This document shows positions 15,472-23,809 of a stretch of 32,000 nt of DNA, piece by piece. Under the pieces are notes generated by a model. It was given only the letters and a program-made list of their open reading frames with translations, was not told the origin of the DNA and ran no database searches. This stretch comes from Geobacter metallireducens GS-15 (GTDB taxonomy: Bacteria; Desulfobacterota; Desulfuromonadia; Geobacterales; Geobacteraceae). Location of the stretch: NCBI RefSeq assembly GCF_000012925.1, contig NC_007517.1, positions 1,200,001-1,232,000 on the forward strand. Direction: 5' to 3'. Positions within the stretch are counted from its first letter, which is position 1; each line of letters starts with the position of its first letter. The position numbers were made by a program, and so were the translations under genes.

Positions 15472-15572
15472 TGTGAGGCGCCGAGGCGCAGTAATTGTTC
15501 AAAAGATAGGAAGTTCGGGTACGGCTGTCAAGGTCTTTCGAGGAATATGCCCCTTTCCCGCCATGCCCTGTT

Positions 15573-16472
15573 TCACCCCTCAAGCATCGCCCGGGCCGCG
15601 GCCAACTCCTTCCGTTTCGCCTCGTCCACCTCGGGGTAGGCGAGTTGCAGCCCGTCGAGGGCCTCGATGATGCCTCCCGCCACCACCAGGCGGCTGAACC
15701 ACTTGTTGTCCGCCGGCACCACATACCAGGGGGCGTATTCAGTGGCGGTGTGACGGATCATATCCTCGTAGGCGTCCATGTATTTGTCCCAGTGCCGGCG
15801 CTCCTGGGCATCGGCCACCGAGAATTTCCAGTTCTTGTCCGGATTGTCGAGCCGCTCCAGGAAGCGCTTCTTCTGCTCCCCCCGCGACACGTTGAGAAAA
15901 AATTTGCGGATGGCGATGCCGTTGCGGGTCAGGTAGCGCTCGTAGGCGTTGATGTCCTCGTAACGCTCCTTCCAGATATCTTTCGTCACCAGTTGCGGCG
16001 GGAGCTTCTGCTTTTCGAGGAGTTCCCGGTGGACCCTGACGACCAGGACCTCTTCGTAGTAGGAACGGTTGAAAATGCCGATCCGCCCCCGCTCGGGGAG
16101 GCACTTGCCGCTCCGCCAGAGGAAGTCGTGATCCAGTTCCTCCGCTGAAGGGGCCTTGAAGTTGAAAACCTGGCATCCCTGGGGGTTGACACCGGACATG
16201 ACGTGCTTGATGGCGCCGTCTTTCCCGGCCGCATCCATGGCCTGGAAGATGAGGAGGAGTCCCCACCGGTCCTGGGCATAGAGCATCTCCTGCATCTCCG
16301 CAAGAATTTCGACCCCCTGCTGGAGGAACTCGGCGGACCGGTCCTTGATCCCCTCCTCGTGCTTGAGCCCGAGAGTCTCGTTGGGGTCGTGGTCCTTGAG
16401 CCTGAACTTCTTACCCTCTTCCACCCGAAAGCTCTTGGCAAAGGATTTGGCTTTTTTGATCGTCTCGCTCAT
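15573..16472 (-). CDS. ppk2: Polyphosphate kinase 2 family protein (single PPK2 domain)
   Basis: PPK2 motifs LLLIFQAMDAAGKDG, FNRSYYEE and WYVVPADNKW. I chose the ATG at 16472 (MSETIKK, SD GAGGAG) rather than the track start at 16562. Confidence 0.9.
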   Translation of the reverse strand: MSETIKKAKSFAKSFRVEEGKKFRLKDHDPNETLGLKHEEGIKDRSAEFLQQGVEILAEMQEMLYAQDRWGLLLIFQAMDAAGKDGAIKHVMSGVNPQGCQVFNFKAPSAEELDHDFLWRSGKCLPERGRIGIFNRSYYEEVLVVRVHRELLEKQKLPPQLVTKDIWKERYEDINAYERYLTRNGIAIRKFFLNVSRGEQKKRFLERLDNPDKNWKFSVADAQERRHWDKYMDAYEDMIRHTATEYAPWYVVPADNKWFSRLVVAGGIIEALDGLQLAYPEVDEAKRKELAAARAMLEG

Positions 16473-16640
16473 GGTTTGGCTCCTCGTTGGCCCCACTGGG
16501 GCGATTCCCGACCTATCCATACTACCACGGGCGCTCCCTGCTTCAACCTGCCCGGCTGCCATGAAACGCTGGACAGAGAGGCTGGGGGAGGGGTACTATC
16601 CCACGTTGTTGCGCATCACCTGAAGAAAGGAACCCCCCCC

Positions 16641-17600
16641 GTGAAAACCCCGCTGATCGCCTTGGCCTGCATGGCTTTGGTTCTTGTCTGTTCACCAACG
16701 TCGCGCGCCGACGACGAAGTGCTCCCCCAGCCGTCTCCTCCCCTCTGCGAAGAGACGCTCAAGCGCCAGGATGAGGCCCTTGCTGCCCTCAAGGCGGAAC
16801 AGTCCCGGCTGGAGCAGAAGATCCGGGATATGGAGTGCGCCCCGGTCGTTTCCAGCGATGAGCTCCTGGCGAGAAATCTCCACCATCTCCAGAGCCTGGC
16901 GGCCAATACTCGCGCCCAGCGCCAGACCATGACCGACTTCAGGACCTTCGTCACCTGGATGAGCTCAAGCCTTGCGGGATACGAGAAGTACATCCAGGCC
17001 GGCTCGGTGGTGGCCGGAGCCGCCAAGGTTCTCCCCATCCCCTACGCGGGGCAGGCGTCGATGCTGACCAAGTTCGTCTCCCAGGGGGTCCTCTCCCTCA
17101 ATGCCGCCTCGGGTTCCATTGCCACGTACCTGAAAATCTCCGACCAGTACCTGGCCCTGGCCGGCGGCATCGACCCGAAACGCCCCGATCCCGCCCGGGT
17201 CTCCGCCGCTGTCCGCTTTGCCGACGGGGAATTCCTGCGGTCCATGACCGATGTCCAGGCCAAGCTGCGGACCTCCGCCGACATCTCCGCCTCCACCCTG
17301 TCGTTCCTGAAGACCCTGGACAGCTATGTGGGAGGGAGTGACGAATACTGGGCCAGGACCAAGGCCTTCATCACCCGCAACGACGCCTACAAGAAAGACA
17401 AAAGCTATCTGGCCTCGAGCATCGAGGGGCTCACGAGCCAGGCCGGAGCGTTCAATAACAGGCTCACCCTCTTCGAGGAAACGGCACGCAAGGATCTGCC
17501 GATCATCAAGAACCTGGTGGCCTACGACGAACTGGCGCGGGAGATCGATGCCCGGGCGCGGCAGAAGCGCGAGGCCATGGCAGCGGCGGTGAAGCCGTAG
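16641..17600 (+). CDS. Hypothetical secreted protein with an N-terminal coiled coil
   Basis: In-frame GTG at 16641 preceded by GAAAGGAA and a C8 spacer. Signal peptide VKTPLIALACMALVLVCSPTSRA-DD. A coiled-coil-like region ETLKRQDEALAALKAEQSRLEQKIRDME. No recognisable domain. The track ORF start at 16203 is antisense to ppk2 and is rejected. Confidence 0.65.
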   Translation: MKTPLIALACMALVLVCSPTSRADDEVLPQPSPPLCEETLKRQDEALAALKAEQSRLEQKIRDMECAPVVSSDELLARNLHHLQSLAANTRAQRQTMTDFRTFVTWMSSSLAGYEKYIQAGSVVAGAAKVLPIPYAGQASMLTKFVSQGVLSLNAASGSIATYLKISDQYLALAGGIDPKRPDPARVSAAVRFADGEFLRSMTDVQAKLRTSADISASTLSFLKTLDSYVGGSDEYWARTKAFITRNDAYKKDKSYLASSIEGLTSQAGAFNNRLTLFEETARKDLPIIKNLVAYDELAREIDARARQKREAMAAAVKP

Positions 17601-17627
17601 CGGCTGTGCGGTGACGGCGCTGGTATC

Positions 17628-17666
17628 GGAAAGGGCGGGGGATAATCCCCGCCCTTTCCTGTTTTC
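17628..17666. terminator. Bidirectional intrinsic terminator between convergent genes
   Basis: GGAAAGGGCGGGG-gataat-CCCCGCCCTTTCC forms a 13-bp stem, followed by TGTTTTC on the plus strand. Confidence 0.8.
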
Positions 17667-17698
17667 ATGGGTCGAATGGGCTGTGCCATCGACGGGGT

Positions 17699-19108
17699 TT
17701 ACAGGGTCAGCATGAAGGCCAGGAGGTCCTTCTTCTCCTCGTCGGTGAGCTTGACGCCGGTAACCAGATTGAAGAACTCGATGGTGTCCGCAAGGGTCAG
17801 GAGCCTCCCGTCATGCAGGTACGGGGGGGATTCCTTGATGCCGCGGAGGGGGAATGTCTTGATGGGGCCGTCGGCGCTTGCCAGCCTGCCGTTCATGGTC
17901 TCCGGCCTGTAGAAGCGCTCTGTCCGCAGGTTGTGCATCAGGTTGTCGGTGTAGTAGGGGGCGGGGTGGCACTCGGCACAGCGGGCCTTGCCGAAGAATA
18001 TCTCCTGGCCCCGCAGTTCGGCCTCGCCGGCCTTTTCCGGGTCGAGCTTGCCGAAGACCGTCAGTTTGGGAGCCGGCGGGAAATCGAGGATATTCTGGAA
18101 TTCGGCCATGAAGTGGACCTGGCTGCCTCGCTCCAGGATGTTCACCCCCTTCTTGGTGGCGATCACCGGGTCGCCGTCGAAGTAGGCGGCCCGCTGTTCG
18201 AATTCGGTGAAGTCCTCGACGCTCTTCATCGCCCGCTGGGAGCCGAACAGCCGTTGGATATTGACTCCCCGCAGGGGGGGCGTGTCAAGACGGTGACGCA
18301 GTTCCTGGGGCCGGATGTCCCCCACCAGGTGGGTCGAGGCATTGGTGTGGCCGTTGGCGTGACAGTCGAAGCAGGCAACCCCCAGGCTCGGCTCGGCCGA
18401 GCGGCGGTCAGTGGTGGCGTTGAACTGCTGCTGGGGGAAGGGGGTGAGAAGCAGCCGCAGCCCCTCCAGTTGCTTCGGGTTGAGAATGCCGTTGAAGAGC
18501 TCGAAGAAGTTCTGGGTGGTCACCAGCTTCCCCTGGGAGACGTCCCCCAGGTCGGGGCGGGTGGTCAGGTAGATGGGAGCCGGAAATTCGGGAAGGAAGT
18601 GGTCGGGGATGTCGAAGTCGAGATCGAAGCGGGTCAGGTCTCTGGCGGTCTGTTTTTTGACTTCATCGATGTGAAACTTGGGGAAGACCATCCCCCCCTC
18701 GGGATGATTGGGGTGGGGGAGCGGCAAGAACCCCTTGGGGAACAGTCCCTTCTCCCTGATGGTTTCCGGGGACATGGCCGCAAGCTGCTGCCAGGTTGTC
18801 CCCGCGGGAAGCTTGACCCGCACCCCCTCCTGCACCCCCTTGCCCCGGGACATGGTAACCCCCTGCATCGCTTTGTCAGCCAGATCGTACCGCATCCCGA
18901 GGAGGTCCATCTGGCGCTTCATCACGGCAGTCTTCTGCTTCTCCATGGTTTCCTTGACGGTCGAAAATGCTTCGGTGCCTGCGACCGGCGCATAGCTCGT
19001 CTTGCCGACAATCCGTTCTTCAGCCAGGGTGACCGTGGCGCTTGCCAAGGCAACCGCTCCTGCCAACAGGACCATTCTCCGTGTGCTTGGTCGGTTCTTT
19101 CCATCCAT
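17699..19108 (-). CDS. Dihaem cytochrome c peroxidase / MauG-family protein with a long N-terminal extension
   Basis: 469 aa with SD AAGGAGAG. Two CXXCH motifs (CFDCH, CAECH). CCP/MauG-type patterns TPPLRGV and FPLRGIKESPPYLHDGRLLTL. The N-terminus STRRMVLLAGAVALASA looks Tat/Sec-like. Confidence 0.85.
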   Translation of the reverse strand: MDGKNRPSTRRMVLLAGAVALASATVTLAEERIVGKTSYAPVAGTEAFSTVKETMEKQKTAVMKRQMDLLGMRYDLADKAMQGVTMSRGKGVQEGVRVKLPAGTTWQQLAAMSPETIREKGLFPKGFLPLPHPNHPEGGMVFPKFHIDEVKKQTARDLTRFDLDFDIPDHFLPEFPAPIYLTTRPDLGDVSQGKLVTTQNFFELFNGILNPKQLEGLRLLLTPFPQQQFNATTDRRSAEPSLGVACFDCHANGHTNASTHLVGDIRPQELRHRLDTPPLRGVNIQRLFGSQRAMKSVEDFTEFEQRAAYFDGDPVIATKKGVNILERGSQVHFMAEFQNILDFPPAPKLTVFGKLDPEKAGEAELRGQEIFFGKARCAECHPAPYYTDNLMHNLRTERFYRPETMNGRLASADGPIKTFPLRGIKESPPYLHDGRLLTLADTIEFFNLVTGVKLTDEEKKDLLAFMLTL

Positions 19109-19339
19109 GGTGAACTCTCCTTTCGCTCTGAGGTGGCATCGGCGACGTTGCGCCGACTTTCGACACCGTCCTGTTTGATGTTTCCCGATCTTTCTGGAGG
19201 GGCCGAGACAAATGGGGGGGGGATTAGTGGGAAGTGAATGGAATGTGCATTGAATTACAGGTGCTTATAGATAAATACCCCATAAAGAGCCCTTGTCAAT
19301 TGCCGGAGGTGGGAGACGGTGTTCGTGGCCACAAAAGAT

Positions 19340-19355
19340 GGGAACCGGATTTGCA
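19340..19355 (+). promoter_or_regulatory. Candidate sigma54 promoter upstream of the ferritin-like gene
   Basis: GGGAACCGGATTTGCA has exact GG-N10-GC spacing and a good -12 TTTGCA, but an imperfect -24 (GGGAAC). It lies about 80 nt upstream of the ATG at 19435. Confidence 0.4.
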
Positions 19356-19434
19356 GATAGAATGCTGGGAATGAATAATTCGGCAGAGGCATCGACCGGT
19401 GCGGCTGTAGTCGTAGAGGATGGAGGGTGAAACC

Positions 19435-19917
19435 ATGGCAAGAATGTCAGTCGATATGATGACGGTGCTTCACAAGTGTGCCGAGATCGAGCTCAAGAGC
19501 ATGGAACTGTATGATCTCTATGCCGACTGTTTCACGCACGATCTGGATGTTGCCCGGATGTGGCGCCGGGCCGCCCGCGAGGAGGAGGACCACGCCAACC
19601 AGTTCCGGCTTGCTTTGAAGATGAGGGACGGAGTCATAAGGGAGGTAAACCTTGACCCCTGCCGGGTTGAATACATCCTTAAGGAACTCCAGTTTGCCAT
19701 CGACAGAGTGAAACTGAGTTGCCCCACGCTGGAGGAGGCCTTCCATTCGGCAATCAAGCTGGAGGAGGATCTGTCAGGGATGCATGTACAGTATGTGGTG
19801 GACTTCGAGGACGAGATGTGCAGAAAGTTTTTCAACGCCCTGATGATGGACGATAAGATCCATGTGAGCCGGCTCAGGGAGGCCTATGATCGACAAACAA
19901 AAACCCGCGACCGGTAA
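19435..19917 (+). CDS. Ferritin-like / rubrerythrin-like di-iron four-helix-bundle protein
   Basis: Glu and ExxH-type ligands (EIELKS, REEEDHANQF, KLEEDLSGMH, MDDKIH). I chose the ATG at 19435 (SD GGAGGG 7 nt upstream) rather than 19420. Confidence 0.75.
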   Translation: MARMSVDMMTVLHKCAEIELKSMELYDLYADCFTHDLDVARMWRRAAREEEDHANQFRLALKMRDGVIREVNLDPCRVEYILKELQFAIDRVKLSCPTLEEAFHSAIKLEEDLSGMHVQYVVDFEDEMCRKFFNALMMDDKIHVSRLREAYDRQTKTRDR

Positions 19918-19971
19918 GGTGCGGGTAAGGGATAGGCAGATCGACACATTCAGGGCATAACAACTGTCAAA

Positions 19972-20002
19972 GGCGGAACGGAAACGTTCCGCCTTTTGTT
20001 TT
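19972..20002. terminator. Intrinsic terminator (serves the plus gene; possibly bidirectional)
   Basis: GGCGGAACG-gaaa-CGTTCCGCC forms a 9-bp stem followed by TTTTGTTTT. Confidence 0.85.
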
Positions 20003-20009
20003 GGCAACG

Positions 20010-20390
20010 CTAGTTGCCGAATTCCCGGGCCTGTTCCACGGAAGCGGAGCGTGCCTGGAGCAGGCTCTCGGCCCGTTGGGCCAGAAGCGATTCGATGAAC
20101 ATGAAGGTGAGGGTCATCATGCCGTAGGCGGTCATTACACCGGCCAGTCTTTCGTAGGCGGCCATTCCCGGGGCGCAGGTGATGACGGCGACCATGCCGA
20201 TTGCTCCCGCGGCGCACATGCCGTGCCGCACGATCCATTGCCTTTGTTCGGCCACAAACCGGCGCAGCGCCTCCCCGTCGCTGTCCCGGAGGAACTCCCG
20301 GCACCGTTGCCAGTCGATCATCATGCGAGGTATGAGAATGGCTGCCACGGATACGGTTATGAATGCCATGACGGTATAGAGCGTTTCCAT
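20010..20390 (-). CDS. Hypothetical small integral membrane protein
   Basis: 126 aa with SD GGGAGGA. About three hydrophobic helices (YTVMAFITVSVAAILIP, GMCAAGAIGMVAVITCAPG, VMTAYGMMTLTFMFI). No family recognised. Confidence 0.65.
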   Translation of the reverse strand: METLYTVMAFITVSVAAILIPRMMIDWQRCREFLRDSDGEALRRFVAEQRQWIVRHGMCAAGAIGMVAVITCAPGMAAYERLAGVMTAYGMMTLTFMFIESLLAQRAESLLQARSASVEQAREFGN

Positions 20391-20439
20391 TGGGTCCTCC
20401 CTGAGAGTGGTCCGGAAGTTTTGTCTTTGTCAGGGAAAG

Positions 20440-20455
20440 AGCAAAAGCATTGCCG
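20440..20455 (-). promoter_or_regulatory. Candidate sigma54 promoter for the small membrane protein gene
   Basis: The minus strand reads CGGCAATGCTTTTGCT with exact GG-N10-GC spacing and -12 TTTGCT, about 50 nt upstream of the ATG at 20390. Confidence 0.5.
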
Positions 20456-20835
20456 TCAATTGACTTAAAGATTCAGACGTGATGTGGTTGGAGGTTTGAT
20501 GGCAACTTATTGAAAGTACGAGTATTTTATTATATTGAATTGTGAATTAATAATAATTTGAGTGTGTTATAAATGGTCTTTTGACGAAATTCGGTAGTGG
20601 CGGGGTGTGACTCACGACGGATGGGTGATTAATTAATCGAAAAAATAGATGGTTGCGACTGTTTTATCTCTTGGAGATAGTGACACGTTTTGGCGTGGTC
20701 GTGGCTGAAAAACGGTTATATGGCGAAGTGTCCGTTTTTTCCTTGGATGGCCGGGTGCGGCGGCAACAATTATTTTTCTCTTAGTCGGGGGAGCGGGAGA
20801 TATTTCAGGGCGATATTGGGGGAGCCATCACGTTC

Positions 20836-21627
20836 TTACAGGAGCCCTGAAAGGAGCTTTGTCCCCATGACGATGAGGAGCAGGGCGAAGATCTTCTTGA
20901 GGCCTGATACGGGAAGGTTGTGGGCAAGGCGTGCGCCGAAGGGGGCAGTAATGACGCTCGCCAGGGCGATGCCGGCCAGGGCCGGGAGGTACACAAAACC
21001 GACGGACCAGGGGGGAAGGGACGTGACCACGAGGCCGTTCGCCATGTAGCCGGCAGCTCCGGCCAGGGCTATGGGGAAGCCAATGGCGGCCGAGGTGCCG
21101 ATGGCATTGTGCATTGATATGTTGCACCAGACCATGAACGGGACCGACAGGCTCCCGCCGCCGATCCCCACGAGGCTGGAAACCGCTCCGATGACCCCCC
21201 CGACGCCGAGCATCCCTCCCGTGCCCGGCAGTTGGCGCGAGGGTTTGGGCCGGATGTTGAGGAGCATCTGGATTGCCACGTAGTAGAGGAAGACCACGAA
21301 GAAGACCTTGAGGGAGCGGGTCGACAGCTGTGCCGCCACCCAGCTCCCGGCCAGGGTGCCGGCGACGATGCCGGCGGAGATGCGGCGCACCACCCGCCAC
21401 TCTACGGCTCCCCGGCCATGGTGGGCTCGCAGGCTCGACACCGAGGTGAAGATGATGGTGGCGAGGGAGGTCCCCAGCGCCAGGTGGGCGATGTAGGGAG
21501 CGGGAAGCCCCTGGGCGGTGAAGAGGAAGGTGAGGGCCGGCACGATGACGATTCCTCCCCCCACGCCGAGAAGCCCCGCCAGGACGCCGGCAAAGGCGCC
21601 GAGGGCCAGGTAGGCCAGCAGGAACAT
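20836..21627 (-). CDS. TauE/SafE-family (DUF81) anion exporter membrane protein
   Basis: 263 aa and highly hydrophobic. The repeated motif GLLGVGGGIVIVP / SLVGIGGGSLSVP is typical of TauE/SafE. Confidence 0.88.
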   Translation of the reverse strand: MFLLAYLALGAFAGVLAGLLGVGGGIVIVPALTFLFTAQGLPAPYIAHLALGTSLATIIFTSVSSLRAHHGRGAVEWRVVRRISAGIVAGTLAGSWVAAQLSTRSLKVFFVVFLYYVAIQMLLNIRPKPSRQLPGTGGMLGVGGVIGAVSSLVGIGGGSLSVPFMVWCNISMHNAIGTSAAIGFPIALAGAAGYMANGLVVTSLPPWSVGFVYLPALAGIALASVITAPFGARLAHNLPVSGLKKIFALLLIVMGTKLLSGLL

Positions 21628-21629
21628 GG

Positions 21630-22244
21630 CTATCTTTCCCCCTTCTTGCCGTTTTTGCCGTTGTTCCGTTCAAATTCGGCTCTCAGTCGTTCCAGTCCCT
21701 TGCGGAAACTCTCGGCGTCGCCGTACTCGAAGAAGCGGCTGTAGCGGGTGTGGGGGGCCAGGATGCGCCGGGCGTGCTTGATGGGGCACCAGTACTGCTC
21801 CGTGCGGGCCGCCACCTCCCGCAGATAGGTGGCAAGGCCGTTAGCGTACGAGCAGTAAAAGCAGTTGAACTTTTCGATCACGTTCAGGTAGGGGAGGTCT
21901 TCTCGGTCGAAGACAAGGTAGTCGCGACGGCGCACCTTGGGGATGCCGTAGATGGGGAAGCAGATCGCCTGGTAAGTGGTGATGAAGAAGTCAAGGAGGA
22001 GAAACGGGATAAAGCCGGCGTAGATGATCGGTGCACTCAGGAGGGCCAGGGGTTGGGCTTCGGCGATGTAGCGGAGCGCCCCCGTCTTGAGCCGCCGCTG
22101 CTGTTCCACCACCTCCCGGGCAAAGCGGACCCGCTTCTCCTCGACGATGAGATGGAACTCCTCACGTTTTTTTTCGAATTCGGTTTCAAGTTCTTCTTCG
22201 AGAGCCTTGATCCGTTCGATGAGCTCGTTGATCCGGTAGTCCAT
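21630..22244 (-). CDS. Hypothetical membrane protein (N-terminal coiled coil, TM hairpin, Cys-rich C-terminal domain)
   Basis: I chose the ATG at 22244 (MDYRINELIERIKALEEELE, SD AAGGAG 5 nt upstream) rather than the track start at 22364. TM region LALLSAPIIYAGFIPFLLLDFFITTYQAICFPIYG. Cys motif FNCFYCSY...YWCPIKH. The stop lies 2 nt before the TauE start. Confidence 0.7.
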   Translation of the reverse strand: MDYRINELIERIKALEEELETEFEKKREEFHLIVEEKRVRFAREVVEQQRRLKTGALRYIAEAQPLALLSAPIIYAGFIPFLLLDFFITTYQAICFPIYGIPKVRRRDYLVFDREDLPYLNVIEKFNCFYCSYANGLATYLREVAARTEQYWCPIKHARRILAPHTRYSRFFEYGDAESFRKGLERLRAEFERNNGKNGKKGER

Positions 22245-22405
22245 GGGGGCTCCTTTGGGCTTGAAGGTGTTGTTATACCCGAAACCGCCCCGCTTGTCGC
22301 GAGGATTTGCCGAATCCGCGCGGTACCCCGGTGGACGACGATGCCCGGGCGGGTATACTTGCATCTAATGCATCAATCCTAATGCCATGCGCGGAGGGTA
22401 ACACC

Positions 22406-23503
22406 ATGATCGTCGGAGTGCCGCGGGAGATCAAGACCCACGAGTACCGGGTCGGCATGACGCCGGCCGGTATTGCAGAGTTGGCGCGGGGGGGACACAC
22501 GGTTCTCGTGGAAACCGGAGCCGGAGAGGGGAGCGGTTTTGCCGACGGGGAATACCTGCGGGTTGGAGCCCGGGTCTGCGGCAGGGAAGAGGTCTTCGGC
22601 CCGGCGGAGCTCCTCGTGAAGGTGAAGGAGCCGCTTCCGTCCGAGTACGGCCTGCTGAGACAAGGGCAGGCCCTTTTCACCTACCTGCACCTGGCCCCCA
22701 ACCGTCCCCTCGCGGAGCTGCTCCTGGAGAGGGGGGTCACGGGAATCGGTTACGAGACCTTCGAGAAGGGAGGGACGCTGCCGCTTCTGGCCCCCATGAG
22801 CGAGGTGGCGGGCCGCATGGCGCCGCTGGTGGGGGGATACCATCTCCAGCGGGTTCTCGGGGGGACGGGGGTCCTTCCCTCGGGGGTGCCGGGGGTGCCC
22901 GCCGCCCGCGCCCTCATCCTGGGGGCCGGCGTGGTGGGGAGCGGCGCTGCGAGGGTCTGCGCCGGCCTCGGCATGGAAACGGTGGTTATGAACCGGGGGA
23001 TCGATCGGCTTCAGCGGCTCGACGAAATTCTGGCCGGAAGGGCCCGGACCGTGGCCCTGAACCGGGAGTCCCTGGCGGAGGAACTTTCGCGGGCAGACTT
23101 GGTGGTCGGCGCAGTGCTCGTGCCGGGGGGGCGGACCCCTCTTCTCATCGACCGGTCGGCCCTCGGCACTATGAAGCGCGGGTCAGTCATTGTCGACGTC
23201 TCCATCGACCAGGGGGGCTGCGCCGAGACGAGCCGCCCCACCACTCACGACGACCCGGTCTACATTGTGGACGGCGTCATCCACTATACCGTGGCGAACA
23301 TGCCCGGCGCCTATCCTCGTACCTCGACCCTGGCCCTCACCAATGCAACGCTCCCCTGCGTGAAGGCCCTGGCCGACCGGGGAATCGAGGATGCGCTTCG
23401 GGCCGATCCGGCCCTGGCCGGCGCCCTCAATACCTGGCGCGGCGCCGTGGTCCACCGTGCCCTGGCCCAGGCGCTGGATCTGCCGTTTTCACTTTTTTCC
23501 TGA
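22406..23503 (+). CDS. ald: Alanine dehydrogenase
   Basis: MIVGVPREIKTHEYRVGMTPAG...GHTVLVETGAGEGSGF..., Rossmann motif ILGAGVVGSGAA, 365 aa. The ATG at 22406 has SD GGAGGG; the track start at 22307 is rejected. Confidence 0.93.
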   Translation: MIVGVPREIKTHEYRVGMTPAGIAELARGGHTVLVETGAGEGSGFADGEYLRVGARVCGREEVFGPAELLVKVKEPLPSEYGLLRQGQALFTYLHLAPNRPLAELLLERGVTGIGYETFEKGGTLPLLAPMSEVAGRMAPLVGGYHLQRVLGGTGVLPSGVPGVPAARALILGAGVVGSGAARVCAGLGMETVVMNRGIDRLQRLDEILAGRARTVALNRESLAEELSRADLVVGAVLVPGGRTPLLIDRSALGTMKRGSVIVDVSIDQGGCAETSRPTTHDDPVYIVDGVIHYTVANMPGAYPRTSTLALTNATLPCVKALADRGIEDALRADPALAGALNTWRGAVVHRALAQALDLPFSLFS

Positions 23504-23517
23504 CAAAGGGGGATCCC

Positions 23518-23751
23518 ATGGCGAGCGGTCGAATCGAGGTGATTGCCTATGCGGGCTATCGGGGCGAGGAGTGCCCGCGGGCCTTTGTGGTGGGCGGGGT
23601 GCAGGTGGATGTCATGAAGCTCCTCGACCTCTGGACGGAGGAAAACCATTTCTCGAAGCGGCGCCGGCGCTGCTTCCGGGTGAAGGGGAGCGACTGGCGA
23701 ACCTACGTCATCTGCCACGATGAGACGGGTGACGAGTGGTCGCTGGTGTGA
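23518..23751 (+). CDS. Hypothetical 77-aa protein
   Basis: SD AAGGGGG 5 nt upstream and high GC3. The sequence MASGRIEVIAYAGYRGEECPRAFVVGG... matches no family I recognise. It lies 14 nt after the ald stop. Confidence 0.55.
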   Translation: MASGRIEVIAYAGYRGEECPRAFVVGGVQVDVMKLLDLWTEENHFSKRRRRCFRVKGSDWRTYVICHDETGDEWSLV

Positions 23752-23809
23752 CGAGTTTGCGGGAAATCGGCTCTGTTGGTTCAGGCGTGGAACGCCAGGG
23801 AGGAAGAGA

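Noticed and set aside
15548-15563. Sigma54-like element TGGCGGGAAAGGGGCA (minus strand) upstream of the 117-aa gene
   Set aside because: The GG-N10-GC spacing is exact, but the -12 region lacks the TTGC context (it reads GGGGCA). In 60% GC DNA such matches are expected by chance, so it is too weak to call.
16203-16640. Long N-terminal extensions of track ORFs (16203-16640; also 28070-28339, 30576-30854, 22307-22405, 22245-22364, 13988-14143, 16473-16562, 23720-23809)
   Set aside because: Each extension overlaps a neighbouring well-supported gene or is Arg/Gly/Pro-rich. Each also has an internal start with a good SD that matches the expected N-terminus of the family. I used the internal starts.
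17813-19237. 474-aa plus-strand ORF
   Set aside because: It is antisense to the dihaem peroxidase gene, which has two CXXCH and CCP motifs. It shows low-complexity Gly/Val/Leu/Glu composition and has no SD.
20476-20500. TGGCAACTTATTGAAA on the plus strand, resembling a -24 sigma54 element
   Set aside because: A/A rather than GC sits at the -12 position with correct spacing, and there is no downstream plus-strand gene.
20690-21049. 119-aa plus-strand ORF starting in the AT-rich island
   Set aside because: Most of it is antisense to the 3' end of the TauE/SafE gene. It has no SD, an odd composition and no motifs.
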